This document shows positions 26,655-35,863 of a DNA stretch of 64,000 nt, in pieces. Every line of letters begins with the position of its first letter. Within the stretch, counting starts at the first letter, position 1. The notes beneath the pieces were generated by a model. The model saw nothing but the letters and a program-made list of their open reading frames with translations, was not told the DNA's origin and ran no database searches. A program made the translations under genes and the position numbers. The stretch is from positions 9,219 to 73,218 of the IMG/VR virus record IMGVR_UViG_3300034069_000432. One strand, written 5' to 3'. Origin of the DNA: a virus.

Positions 26655-27037
26655 GTGAATTTCTGGAAGTGGAGACGGCGGATTTGTTTGGATCGGCTCT
26701 GGACTGGGCGGTTGCTCAGGTGGAAGGGCGAAAGACTCGAATCTATCTTTGTCCCGTCGAAGGCCTAAGCCGTGTAGCCGTGAACGTCCCTGATGGCGAC
26801 CTAGAATGTGCTTGGTTACCGTCACTAGATTGGGATCAGTGCGGCTGTCTGATCGAGAAGTACCGGATCAGCTTCGAAGATGAAGACTACTGCTTCAGCG
26901 CGCTTATGGCCCTTGAGTCCCCGACGATCTTGGTAGGCTCTGCCTTTGGCGAAACCCACCTCATAGCCGCCTGCCGCGCCATCGTGTGTGCCAAGTTTGG
27001 CGACACCGTCAGAGTTCCAAAGGAGCTGCTGCAATGA
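26651..27037 (+). CDS. DUF2591/NinX-like protein
   Basis: LFGSALDWAVAQVEG, DWDQCGCLIEK, LIAACRAIV. Confidence 0.85.
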   Translation: MSEFLEVETADLFGSALDWAVAQVEGRKTRIYLCPVEGLSRVAVNVPDGDLECAWLPSLDWDQCGCLIEKYRISFEDEDYCFSALMALESPTILVGSAFGETHLIAACRAIVCAKFGDTVRVPKELLQ

Positions 27038-27243
27038 ACACTAGCCTGATAGAACGACAGCAAGGCCGCCAGCACGCGCTGAGTATGTTCACGTCGATCA
27101 ACACCACTACCGTCGAGACATTCAAGATCAGCGGCGCGCAGTTCATCGTGCAGAACCTTGAGCAGTCGCTTCCGGAATGGCCTGCAGGCTATGCGCTGGG
27201 AATTACTGACGTGATCAACTCGGTTAAGGAGCTGCTGAAGTGA
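27034..27243 (+). CDS. Hypothetical protein
   Basis: AAGGAG RBS, coupled. Confidence 0.65.
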   Translation: MNTSLIERQQGRQHALSMFTSINTTTVETFKISGAQFIVQNLEQSLPEWPAGYALGITDVINSVKELLK

Positions 27244-27536
27244 TCGGTGCTATGGCGTTAGCGCTGCTGGCCAGCACTGCGCAGCCGGTATCGGATAAAT
27301 GCCGCTGGGTCGCGCACGTCGCCGAGGCTACCGCCGAGCTCCGCGACTCCGGCCGCTCGCTTCGCGTCACCCGCGCGGCAATCAGTACCAATCCAACAAT
27401 CGACCGCGACACAGCAGCCGGCATGCAATCCATCGCTGGCTACGTCTACGCACACCCCGAGCAAACGCCTACTCAGGCGCGCGCAAAACTCCAGGCGGCT
27501 TGCCTGGCTTACTATGATGATGAGGAGATTCAGTGA
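27240..27536 (+). CDS. Hypothetical exported protein
   Basis: N-terminal hydrophobic signal-like MIGAMALALLASTAQ. Confidence 0.6.
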   Translation: MIGAMALALLASTAQPVSDKCRWVAHVAEATAELRDSGRSLRVTRAAISTNPTIDRDTAAGMQSIAGYVYAHPEQTPTQARAKLQAACLAYYDDEEIQ

Positions 27537-28042
27537 TGGTTGATATTGATTGGAGCAAGGCGCCGGAAGCTACTCATTATGACTTGCGGCCAGGATGCGA
27601 ACCGGCATTTATGCGTAAAAACCACAACGGTCGCGACTGGGAATTTCTCGGTATGGGCGGGAATTGGATCATGTACGGGCCTATCCGAGATAGCGATTTG
27701 GTTGGTTTGATCAAGCGCCCAGCACAATGGGTAGGCGAAGGGCCGGCACCAGCCGGCACTCTCTGCAATCTGAAAACAGAGCAGGGCACCATGCATGAAG
27801 CAGAAATCATGTACAGCAGCAAAACTGCTGTGGTCTGGCGCTGGAAGGGTCACACAGAGGAGTTTGGAAGCGAGTGGGATGTGGTCACCGTAACTCCAAT
27901 CCGCACCGCCGAGCAGATTGCTGCTGACGAAGAACTCGGTCGAGCGCTAGCCATGATGCTTAATGATTCCCTTGGCGAGGATGGATCAGCCGTTCAGGAC
28001 GCTGTAGCACGCAGGCTTTACGCTGCTGGGTGGCGGAAATGA
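27533..28042 (+). CDS. Hypothetical phage protein
   Basis: IDWSKAPEATH, VARRLYAAGWRK. Confidence 0.75.
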   Translation: MMVDIDWSKAPEATHYDLRPGCEPAFMRKNHNGRDWEFLGMGGNWIMYGPIRDSDLVGLIKRPAQWVGEGPAPAGTLCNLKTEQGTMHEAEIMYSSKTAVVWRWKGHTEEFGSEWDVVTVTPIRTAEQIAADEELGRALAMMLNDSLGEDGSAVQDAVARRLYAAGWRK

Positions 28043-28458
28043 CCCGAGCACCCCTGCCACCCGGGATCATCCCAGTCGGCGCAACGCACTTCTACTTCGA
28101 CCCAGCGCGCCGGACGCCTGTCACCAACCCATGGCGGCGCCTAGAGGATGACGGCACGTGGCACATGATGCGCGGCGATAGCTGGGGCCGTATCACTGGG
28201 ACCAGCCGGCACAAGTTCTTCTCTATCACTGAAGCATTGCAGGCGCCGCCGTCCGATCTGGCTGCGGACACGCTGACGTTGCGGGACGACCTCGCGAAGA
28301 ATGCACCTATCACGTTTGAGCAGGCGATGATGCTATGGGGCGATGAAGGTGCAAACCTGAATGACGACACGACGCGCAAGTGCTTTTACGCGGTATGGGC
28401 TGGGCTGCGCTACGAGTTTGCAGATGAAATGCTCGCCGCCCGGAGGGCCAAGACATGA
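28039..28458 (+). CDS. Hypothetical protein (TLRD...YEFADEMLAAR family C-terminus)
   Basis: Related motif to 4763..5020. Confidence 0.7.
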   Translation: MTRAPLPPGIIPVGATHFYFDPARRTPVTNPWRRLEDDGTWHMMRGDSWGRITGTSRHKFFSITEALQAPPSDLAADTLTLRDDLAKNAPITFEQAMMLWGDEGANLNDDTTRKCFYAVWAGLRYEFADEMLAARRAKT

Positions 28459-28742
28459 CGGCTGACCTGAACTACCTGCGCGCCGAACTGCATCGAGCCA
28501 TGCAGCAAGGCGCCCGCAGCATGAACGTCGGCATCGAAGAACTGAGCTCTATGCTGGCAACCATCGACTCGAACAAGGAGCGCGAGGCTCGCGAGTTCCA
28601 AGGCAAGCTGTTCGGCTTCGTTAAGATCCACAAGGCCCGCGCGATGCTGTCGGGATCGCGCGTCTACCTAACAGTCAGCCACGTCAAGCATGCCGACTTC
28701 GCGATGCCGCTCTACTTCACAGGAATACCAGAGGCGCCGTGA
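28455..28742 (+). CDS. Hypothetical protein
   Basis: ATGA coupling; last gene before convergent terminator. Confidence 0.7.
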   Translation: MTADLNYLRAELHRAMQQGARSMNVGIEELSSMLATIDSNKEREAREFQGKLFGFVKIHKARAMLSGSRVYLTVSHVKHADFAMPLYFTGIPEAP

Positions 28743-28754
28743 GGCGCCTTTTTT
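28732..28754 (+). terminator. Intrinsic terminator between convergent early and late operons
   Basis: AGGCGCC-GTGA-GGCGCCT-TTTTT. Confidence 0.8.
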
Positions 28755-30411
28755 ACACCACTTTAACTTCGCGGTTCTTCATGATCCTGAACCGGAACAC
28801 GCCGGACGGAGCGACATCTGTAGCCAGATATGCCGACAACCTGAAGCGGTGATCAGTGATCCCGTCGATCGATGTAAACGGCGGCGTCCGCTCGCGCCCA
28901 GTCCGTGCCAGCGCGCTCATAGGTTGAGTGGCGTACCGGTTGTTGTCCCAGTTGATCAGCGTGCTGCTGCCGGCTTCCTGCATACCGAGCTGAACCGATA
29001 GCACGCCCGCAGTTCCAGGGTCGAAGTCGTACTCGATCCAACCCTCATAGGTCTTGCCAGTCACCAGGCCGCCCTGCAGGCCGATCTGGCGCAGCATATC
29101 CACCGCAGCGTTTGCGGTCGCGACGGTACCGCTCAGGCGAACCTCGCACCAATCAACGCCGTTCTTCGTGACTCTCCGGTACTCGATGACCGTGCCAGTA
29201 GTGCCGGTGGCCTTTGCGTTCGTGTAGCCAGTCGGCGGCGTGGTGCTGTAGGTAGTCGTCAGGCCTGCCAGCAGCGACACGTTCGTGTTCAGCGCGCCTG
29301 TATCGGTAGCGTCTGGCAGGTCCATAGGCCCGCTGGAGTAGATCTGTTTGAGTACGATCGCGTCTGCCGGCGCCGTGACTTCCTGCACGTACAGGTTGCC
29401 CGGATGCTTGCCGTCTTGTGGTGACCACTTCTCGAGCAAGTCGAAATCGGTGCCAGCCTTGAGAAGCTGAGCGAAGCAGTCGACGACGTAAGAGCCAGGC
29501 CCAGGCAGCTCTGCCAGCATCCTGGCGTTGCGCGCCTTCATATCGGCAGCGACCGCAGTCGTCGGGCGGTTAGCCGGGAACGCATCGTTACCGCATGGCG
29601 CGATCGTGTGGAAAATGATGTTCGTCTTAGCGGCGAATGCCTTCTGCTTCCAGGTCAGCATCTTCGACAGCGTCTGATCTACTGTCAGCAGCGCATCGTT
29701 AATGCCGTTCCATACGTACAGCGTGCCGCCAGTGCAGGCAGCTAGTGCCGCGTCGAATCGAGCATCAATCTGGTTGGTGTCATCGCCACCATTACCGAAA
29801 GCGCCAGCAGGGCCCAGACGACGAACAACCTGTCCCGACTCATCGGCCGCACCAGTAGCCACACCGTAGGATCGGTATCCGTCAGTCGTGTACTGCCCGT
29901 TGGAAATGAATGAATGGCCGAGCTCTGCCATAAGGTTGTTCGCCGGCGCGCCAGCCCATGCGGAAACGCCGGCAGGCAGTCCGGTCCAGATCCACCCATT
30001 ACGACCGGACGCAGTCGTAGATGCCCAGCGAGCATCAGGGATCAGCGCGTTGCCAGAAGCCTGATTAGTAAACAACCCTGCCGGCGTCACATACACCATA
30101 TCGCCAGCAGCGACCGAAGCAGACGCAAGCACCGCAACCGGCCCGCGCTTGATGATCCTCGCTGATTCAAACTGCGAGAAATGGTTGCCGCGCGTGACTG
30201 AGCGATCCATGACAGCGATGCCAAGGTACTGCAAGCCGGTGTAGACGACGCAACCACGCGGATCAGCGCCCTGCGACACGGGCATCCCCATATACACGCC
30301 GGCCGCAGACTCGACGTTGCGCGATATCAGATCGCACTCCGTCATATCACGCAAAAATCCCGGTCGCAGTGCCGGGATGTTGACCAAATACTGAGTTTGA
30401 ACAGCCGGCAT
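28753..30411 (-). CDS. Capsid decoration domain-SGNH hydrolase fusion protein
   Basis: aa 1-144 align without gaps to 51878..52312 (86/144 identical by hand); then GHSF, GNGG, GIND, DGKHP SGNH blocks. Confidence 0.8.
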   Translation of the reverse strand: MPAVQTQYLVNIPALRPGFLRDMTECDLISRNVESAAGVYMGMPVSQGADPRGCVVYTGLQYLGIAVMDRSVTRGNHFSQFESARIIKRGPVAVLASASVAAGDMVYVTPAGLFTNQASGNALIPDARWASTTASGRNGWIWTGLPAGVSAWAGAPANNLMAELGHSFISNGQYTTDGYRSYGVATGAADESGQVVRRLGPAGAFGNGGDDTNQIDARFDAALAACTGGTLYVWNGINDALLTVDQTLSKMLTWKQKAFAAKTNIIFHTIAPCGNDAFPANRPTTAVAADMKARNARMLAELPGPGSYVVDCFAQLLKAGTDFDLLEKWSPQDGKHPGNLYVQEVTAPADAIVLKQIYSSGPMDLPDATDTGALNTNVSLLAGLTTTYSTTPPTGYTNAKATGTTGTVIEYRRVTKNGVDWCEVRLSGTVATANAAVDMLRQIGLQGGLVTGKTYEGWIEYDFDPGTAGVLSVQLGMQEAGSSTLINWDNNRYATQPMSALARTGRERTPPFTSIDGITDHRFRLSAYLATDVAPSGVFRFRIMKNREVKVV

Positions 30412-30920
30412 CAGCCACCTACCTTACATTTTGATTCCAGCGATCGAACTCGATCCTGAAGGCCTATTATTTGGGCTCGCTGCTTGGCGATTCCGCTGGT
30501 GAGACTGAGATAATTGCGTTCAGCATTGGCATCAAGTCGGATGGTGGCTGCATCAGCGCTGCCGGCGTCGGCTCGGGCGACTCCAGGACTGGACACACAG
30601 ACGCCGTGGACTTGCAGCCGCTTACGAGCAGCAGCAAGGTCAGAAGAAAGGGCGAGGCTTTGCTGATCGGCGTCATTTGATGCCTCCTGGAATCGCTGGG
30701 CGGCTGCTTGAGATTCGGTGTTGAGTTCGCGCTGGAGCTTGGCGGTCGCCTGCATTGAAGCGATGCGCGCGGCGGATGTGCTGGCTTGCTGTGCGTACTC
30801 ATCGCGCTGAGCCGATATAGACTCGATGCGCGAGTGCTGGAACCATAGCGCTCCAATCACTACGACGGCCACATACAGCCACCAAGGGATCAATCGGAGC
30901 ATAGCCAGCACGGCTGTCAT
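30411..30920 (-). CDS. Rz: i-spanin (Rz-like)
   Basis: N-terminal TM, coiled coil, RLQVHGVC, DANAERNYLSL. Confidence 0.9.
   Translation of the reverse strand: MTAVLAMLRLIPWWLYVAVVVIGALWFQHSRIESISAQRDEYAQQASTSAARIASMQATAKLQRELNTESQAAAQRFQEASNDADQQSLALSSDLAAARKRLQVHGVCVSSPGVARADAGSADAATIRLDANAERNYLSLTSGIAKQRAQIIGLQDRVRSLESKCKVGG
30467..30676 (-). CDS. Rz1: o-spanin (Rz1-like lipoprotein) embedded in Rz
   Basis: GGAGG RBS, LLLLVSGC lipobox, Pro-rich. Confidence 0.85.
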   Translation of the reverse strand: MTPISKASPFLLTLLLLVSGCKSTASVCPVLESPEPTPAALMQPPSDLMPMLNAIISVSPAESPSSEPK

Positions 30921-31450
30921 GCGATGACCCGCAGAGCCTGCGCATACCGCGCCTTGCGGTCTTCAGCGCCGTTAGTGCCGCCGTTTATTTTGCGCGTGAT
31001 AGTGTCGAACTGATCAGACTCTGCCAAAGCAGTGAGCCCGCGGGAGTTCCAGAACCACACGGCAGACTTGGCGGCCCACTCCGGCTGCTCAAGAATTTCA
31101 GGAGCGGATAGCAGACGATCGTCACCGAATAGAGCCTTGCTGGTTGCCGTGTAGTTGGCGCGCCCGGTAACCTGAATCAGCCCGCGCCCGGCGAATTTGG
31201 CGCCATCGCCCGGCTTTATGTTGCCCAGGTCTTTGCGGCCGTCGTACTTCTTGAAGTAGTCGGCGCCACCCAGCTCTTTGGTGTAGTAGAACGAGCCGGA
31301 TTCGTGGCCGACTTGGGCGAGGAATGCAGCGACCGCCTTGCGGCTGGTAATGCCGCCGGCACTCATAGCAAGCTCAAGCGGTGCGGCCCACTTCTGAGCG
31401 CGAGCAAGCGGCATGTTTGGAACGGCTTTGGATAGGGTGTCTGGAGTCAT
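30917..31450 (-). CDS. Endolysin, glycoside hydrolase family 19
   Basis: AAFLAQVGHESG, GRGLIQVTGRANY, ITRKINGGTNG. Confidence 0.95.
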   Translation of the reverse strand: MTPDTLSKAVPNMPLARAQKWAAPLELAMSAGGITSRKAVAAFLAQVGHESGSFYYTKELGGADYFKKYDGRKDLGNIKPGDGAKFAGRGLIQVTGRANYTATSKALFGDDRLLSAPEILEQPEWAAKSAVWFWNSRGLTALAESDQFDTITRKINGGTNGAEDRKARYAQALRVIA

Positions 31451-31827
31451 TATTCACCAGCCTTGATCGAGTTAGACTTTGAGGCGGACTCAGCGGACTT
31501 TCCGGCAGCCTTAGCTGCCTCAATGGCAGCCTGCGCAGCCTGAGTAGCCGCGTCTGCTGACTTGCTTGCGATATCGGTAGCTTGCTTGGCGCCGGTAATC
31601 TGCAAGTCTTGCATAGCACGTAATCGAGCATCCTTGTCCCTGATTATCGCGTCTTTCTCGCCAATCACCTGAGCCTGTGTTTTGATCGTCTCAGCGTTTA
31701 GCAGTTGGGTTTCGGTCGATCCGATTCGCGCACCGATCTGCAGTCCTGTCACCAAGAAAAATACCATGGCAAGCGGTGCGGCCCAGCCTTCGTGCTTGTC
31801 CCAGAACATCTTGATTCTTCGGTGCAT
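31450..31827 (-). CDS. Single-TM coiled-coil protein (lysis cassette, holin/antiholin candidate)
   Basis: WAAPLAMVFFLVTGLQIGA TM; start MHRRIK. Confidence 0.55.
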   Translation of the reverse strand: MHRRIKMFWDKHEGWAAPLAMVFFLVTGLQIGARIGSTETQLLNAETIKTQAQVIGEKDAIIRDKDARLRAMQDLQITGAKQATDIASKSADAATQAAQAAIEAAKAAGKSAESASKSNSIKAGE

Positions 31828-31828
31828 T

Positions 31829-32197
31829 TTAATTTGCTCCTGCGAGCCTTGCTTCAAGTTTAGCCACGTTATCACTGAGGGTTTGGACCTGATCCTGCAA
31901 GGTCTTGTTCAATGACTCCATGCGAGCCATGCTGAGCGTGAACTCGTTTTGCTTCTCAAGCAGGCTTTGAACTTGCGCCTCAGCCTTCTCGCGCCTGGAT
32001 ACCTCATCCCTGAGCTGCTCTCTTTGCCAGTCGAGCATATCTTTTTGGGCTTGAGCGTTAGCATCTGAGGCCGTAGAGGCGGTTAACCCCAGCTTTTTCA
32101 GCACCAAGGTTACGCCCCAACCTAAAGCAAAAGTCACTCCGGCGCCGATTGTCCCGACAATCCCTAAGTTGCTGCTGATTTCCGCTGGGTCCGGCAT
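31829..32197 (-). CDS. Single-TM coiled-coil protein (holin candidate)
   Basis: IVGTIGAGVTFALGWGVTLVL TM followed by heptads; GGAG RBS. Confidence 0.55.
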   Translation of the reverse strand: MPDPAEISSNLGIVGTIGAGVTFALGWGVTLVLKKLGLTASTASDANAQAQKDMLDWQREQLRDEVSRREKAEAQVQSLLEKQNEFTLSMARMESLNKTLQDQVQTLSDNVAKLEARLAGAN

Positions 32198-32268
32198 TAC
32201 GCCCTCCGCTCTATCCTGCTCAAAGAAGGCACACGCTACCATTTCGCCACCTATATATCGCCAGTTTA

Positions 32269-34986
32269 TCACGCAGGCGGAAAGTTATCGTCGTCGAGGT
32301 ACATCCGCTCATCGTAGTTCACGGCTTTGACTGAGCATGTGCGCGTGCCGGACGGGCTTACTGACTGGATGAGCGCAGGGAATGCCCAAACGGATTCATG
32401 ACCAAACTGCAGGAATGGCGGCTCGCCCGGGCCGTCAATGTTCGGCTCGCCGCGCATGGCGCCAATAAAATCCGGCTCAGGGATGGTGAACCTGTTGTCT
32501 GCCAGTCGCGTGGCGATGTAAGGCCCGCACGCAGATCCATCCTTGCGCCGCACGACCAGCTTGTAGCGCCCATGCTTAGACCAGTCAAAGGACTCTGATG
32601 CGGTGAGCATCGTGACCGCGCCTACCTGCATCCATTCGGTGATGAATGCCGACTGACCATACCCCGGCGTAGTCACCCCAAGAGCCACGTAGTCTAGATA
32701 GCCAGAGTTCAGCGCGTCGAGCTCTGTCTTAAACGAGTACTGCTTCTGCCGGTAGATGTGCGACCGGCGCTGACGCATGCCTATACGCCAAGCGCGGTAC
32801 TCGTCCAGCACGCCGTTAACGGTGATTTTCTCCACGCGCTCGCCCTTGTCACCCGGAAGCCGGCACTGAACGGTCTCGTTCTGCAACGTAATCCGGCTGA
32901 AATACGTGGCGTCAACGCCGTCAAAGTCGTCAGGCTGATCTGGTGCCAGGAACTCGTACAGCAATGGGTCAAGCATGTTCTGTGGGTTGTAGACGTGATC
33001 GAACACCTCGCCGCGCGGCTGGTCGCGTACGGGCGTGATCACTCCTCGCTCGATCGTTAGCTCAGAAAATCCAACCCGGAGCGCTTCTATCAGCGCCTCC
33101 TTAACGGTGAATGAATCAGTGATGATCCGATCATAGAAGTCTCCGCGCGGTGTCCAGTACGTTCGCTCTAGGCGCTCGAGCTCCGCTATGTTCAGGTCCT
33201 GAGTGTCTGAGTAACCAATGCTCCGGCACACGTAGCCGACCCAGGCTGAAATCTCGCGCGTGGGCTGTGGCGCGCCCCACTTGCCGCCTCTCAACACAGG
33301 AAGGATGCGAGTAGATTCAAGGTTGACGAGGTTTTCAGTCTGGCTCGATATGCGGTCGCCGCCGCGAATCCTGACCGACATAACAGTTGCGCCGGCATAC
33401 GATGTTGGCGATGAGCTGGGGATAAGCGACTTAAGGCCGTACCACATTGCTGTATCGTGCACGTCATCGGTGCTACGGACTACAAGCTTTTTCAGGCGGA
33501 CTTCGAGACGCATGGGATAGGGAAGGTCGATCCGATACGTAAACCCCTTAGCATCAAGGTCGGCCCCGGACGCAGAGTACTGGCCTACAGTCCAGGTTCC
33601 AGCCAAGTCAGCATCTCGCCATTCAAATTGATGGCCCGTATTGGTCGCGAAGTACTCGCCCTTCTTTCCGATCGTGACGATGCCGCTAGGGTAGAAAATA
33701 TCCCACTCTACGGCAGTGCACTTCTCGTTTGGCGGTGTAGCCAGGAATGGACCGCGGTAGCCGCCCTCAAGGTTTGAACTGTCGAGCTGCACACGGCCGG
33801 CGTTCGAAGAATTAGAAACCCAGCCCGGCCAAGCGCTATCGGTAGTGCCGTTGGTTTTCAGGCGTTCGACGATTAGTGCCTGCGCGTTGTAACTTACGAT
33901 TCGGTAGCGCAGGCCGCGGAAACCGATAGCCATCGTCGCGTTGCCGATCGTCATGCCGGTGGCCGGAGCGCCACCTGCATAGTTCAACTGCAACTGGGTG
34001 GATGTGACGCTGAATACTTCGTACATGCCCGGGTTGTCACCCTGAATCTCGATCAGATCTCCGGCAGCGAACCCAAGGTTCGCAACGTTGCCACCGCTGA
34101 TGATGTCGCGCCCGTCGGTGCCTGTGCCGTCAGCGATGCTATAGACGTATGGATCACCAATCGCCAGCAGCAGGCCGGCAGTCCAGTTCGCAGGGAAGCT
34201 GCCGGCGCCTGTAGGGATACTCACCGTTGTGCTGTTGTACTGAAAGACCGATGCCGTGGCGCTTACCGTTAACGGTGTGCTGGCTGTCAGCTCAAGCCCC
34301 GCAGTGCCTGTCGACCCCTGCCCAACCTCAGGCGCCGGATACCAGAACAGGTGCGCAGCTTCTCCTCCGAGATAAGCGCCAGGCGGATAGATCACATAGC
34401 TTGCGTCTGCGCCGAGCGACAGAAGTGGTGTCTCGCCAACCTTGATAGTGGAAGGTTGGATCTGGTAATCACCCACGCCCACGCATAGCAACATTTCAAT
34501 CCACTGCTCTCGCGGGCCGGCAAAGTAGCGGCGCGGCAGAACTAGATAGTCCGGATAACGCGCCGGGTTGAATCCGGCAAGCTCAGGACGTACATCATTG
34601 ATCTTGACCTTGTTACCCTTGCTGGACGCCTCGTCCAGATCTTTGCCCGACTTGCGCGTCTGTGTGTTAAGGCTGGGCAGCTTGGGCATAAGGGCTGAAA
34701 GCACTGCCTTGGCGCCAAACACCAGGGCGGCCGTGATAGAGAACGGGTCCGTACCTTTGGGCATGCGGCAGATTTCGACCTTGTCCATCGGCCCGATAAC
34801 CGCTAAAGGCCACTGCGCGGGGATCAGGAAGTCGCCGTTAAGATTGATGCTGATCGGCAGGCAGTCGAGGTTGGTCTTGCGGTCAATGCCGTTATCAAAC
34901 AACCAATCTGTCACCGTCATGTTGCGATCGATTGAGTACTGCTCGTCCGGCTTGTGCGCCAGTGCGTTACCGTAGACCTCAATCAT
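32269..34986 (-). CDS. Tail tip / host specificity protein (J-like)
   Basis: 905 aa after NlpC/P60 gene; PELAGFNPARYPDYL, KAVNYDERMY end. Confidence 0.85.
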   Translation of the reverse strand: MIEVYGNALAHKPDEQYSIDRNMTVTDWLFDNGIDRKTNLDCLPISINLNGDFLIPAQWPLAVIGPMDKVEICRMPKGTDPFSITAALVFGAKAVLSALMPKLPSLNTQTRKSGKDLDEASSKGNKVKINDVRPELAGFNPARYPDYLVLPRRYFAGPREQWIEMLLCVGVGDYQIQPSTIKVGETPLLSLGADASYVIYPPGAYLGGEAAHLFWYPAPEVGQGSTGTAGLELTASTPLTVSATASVFQYNSTTVSIPTGAGSFPANWTAGLLLAIGDPYVYSIADGTGTDGRDIISGGNVANLGFAAGDLIEIQGDNPGMYEVFSVTSTQLQLNYAGGAPATGMTIGNATMAIGFRGLRYRIVSYNAQALIVERLKTNGTTDSAWPGWVSNSSNAGRVQLDSSNLEGGYRGPFLATPPNEKCTAVEWDIFYPSGIVTIGKKGEYFATNTGHQFEWRDADLAGTWTVGQYSASGADLDAKGFTYRIDLPYPMRLEVRLKKLVVRSTDDVHDTAMWYGLKSLIPSSSPTSYAGATVMSVRIRGGDRISSQTENLVNLESTRILPVLRGGKWGAPQPTREISAWVGYVCRSIGYSDTQDLNIAELERLERTYWTPRGDFYDRIITDSFTVKEALIEALRVGFSELTIERGVITPVRDQPRGEVFDHVYNPQNMLDPLLYEFLAPDQPDDFDGVDATYFSRITLQNETVQCRLPGDKGERVEKITVNGVLDEYRAWRIGMRQRRSHIYRQKQYSFKTELDALNSGYLDYVALGVTTPGYGQSAFITEWMQVGAVTMLTASESFDWSKHGRYKLVVRRKDGSACGPYIATRLADNRFTIPEPDFIGAMRGEPNIDGPGEPPFLQFGHESVWAFPALIQSVSPSGTRTCSVKAVNYDERMYLDDDNFPPA

Positions 34987-35378
34987 TTAATGTCTCGATG
35001 GTAGGTGACAGTTAGGTGATCCTTGAGCCAGTCGGCCAGCAGCATGAAGCGAGGACCGCGGACCGGGTTTATCTCCAAGATACGCAGGCGCCCCTCATGC
35101 TCCAGCACTACAGCAACGTGAACGCAGACCTTGCCATGCATGACCGAGGCAATAGCTCCGTGCTCAGGCTCGCAGGGCTCCATGAATGCGGCTTGCTCGA
35201 TGTATGCGCGGGTGAAGTCGCGCGGGTTATCGTTGCGCAGGTGGCCGTAGCTTGGTAACTCACGCATTCCGAGCTCCTTGTGCCGGACCGTTCGCACCAT
35301 TTGCCAGCAGTCCATCTCGGTGTCAGTTCGGCCACCATCGACATAGATGCACTCCAGGTAACGATTCACAAATTTCAT
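34983..35378 (-). CDS. Tail tip assembly protein K-like (NlpC/P60)
   Basis: YVDGGRT...DCWQMVR, HVAVV. Confidence 0.85.
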   Translation of the reverse strand: MKFVNRYLECIYVDGGRTDTEMDCWQMVRTVRHKELGMRELPSYGHLRNDNPRDFTRAYIEQAAFMEPCEPEHGAIASVMHGKVCVHVAVVLEHEGRLRILEINPVRGPRFMLLADWLKDHLTVTYHRDIK

Positions 35379-35863
35379 CAGACATATCTCAGCGAAGGTG
35401 CGTAGCCAGCAGTATACAAGGCGCGCGGCCAACTCACGTCGATCATGTTGAAGTAGCCGCATTGCAGCTGCGCAACTATTCCCTGTATAGAACCAGACAG
35501 CAGAGTCAGCCGATAAGGAGGCTCTGCAGGCGCGCCGGTGTTGCTAGCGAGATAGGTGCGATACGTGGCCGACACCCTGGCGCGAGCTGCCTGGCTTATG
35601 TCCACTCTTTGCGAGACCTCGCCCGTGGTGTTGTCCACAGCGAAGGCTAACGTCTGATTGCCCTTGTTATCCTTCTTCGCCAGCGCGATATCAATGTTTG
35701 CGCCACGGAACGTAAGCACTTGCCCCGCCTCCGTGGTCAGATCCCGATCAATAAAACCGGTGCTGATATTCACGGAGTCATCCCAAGCCGCACACTCAAG
35801 CTCCAGCGTGCGGATGATCACCTCTTTTCCGGCAGAGGCGTTGACCTCCTCGAGGATTGTCAC
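35378..35863 (-). CDS. Minor tail protein L-like (DUF1833)
   Basis: IRTLELEC...QTLAFAVDN...YRTYL. Confidence 0.85.
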   Translation of the reverse strand: MTILEEVNASAGKEVIIRTLELECAAWDDSVNISTGFIDRDLTTEAGQVLTFRGANIDIALAKKDNKGNQTLAFAVDNTTGEVSQRVDISQAARARVSATYRTYLASNTGAPAEPPYRLTLLSGSIQGIVAQLQCGYFNMIDVSWPRALYTAGYAPSLRYV

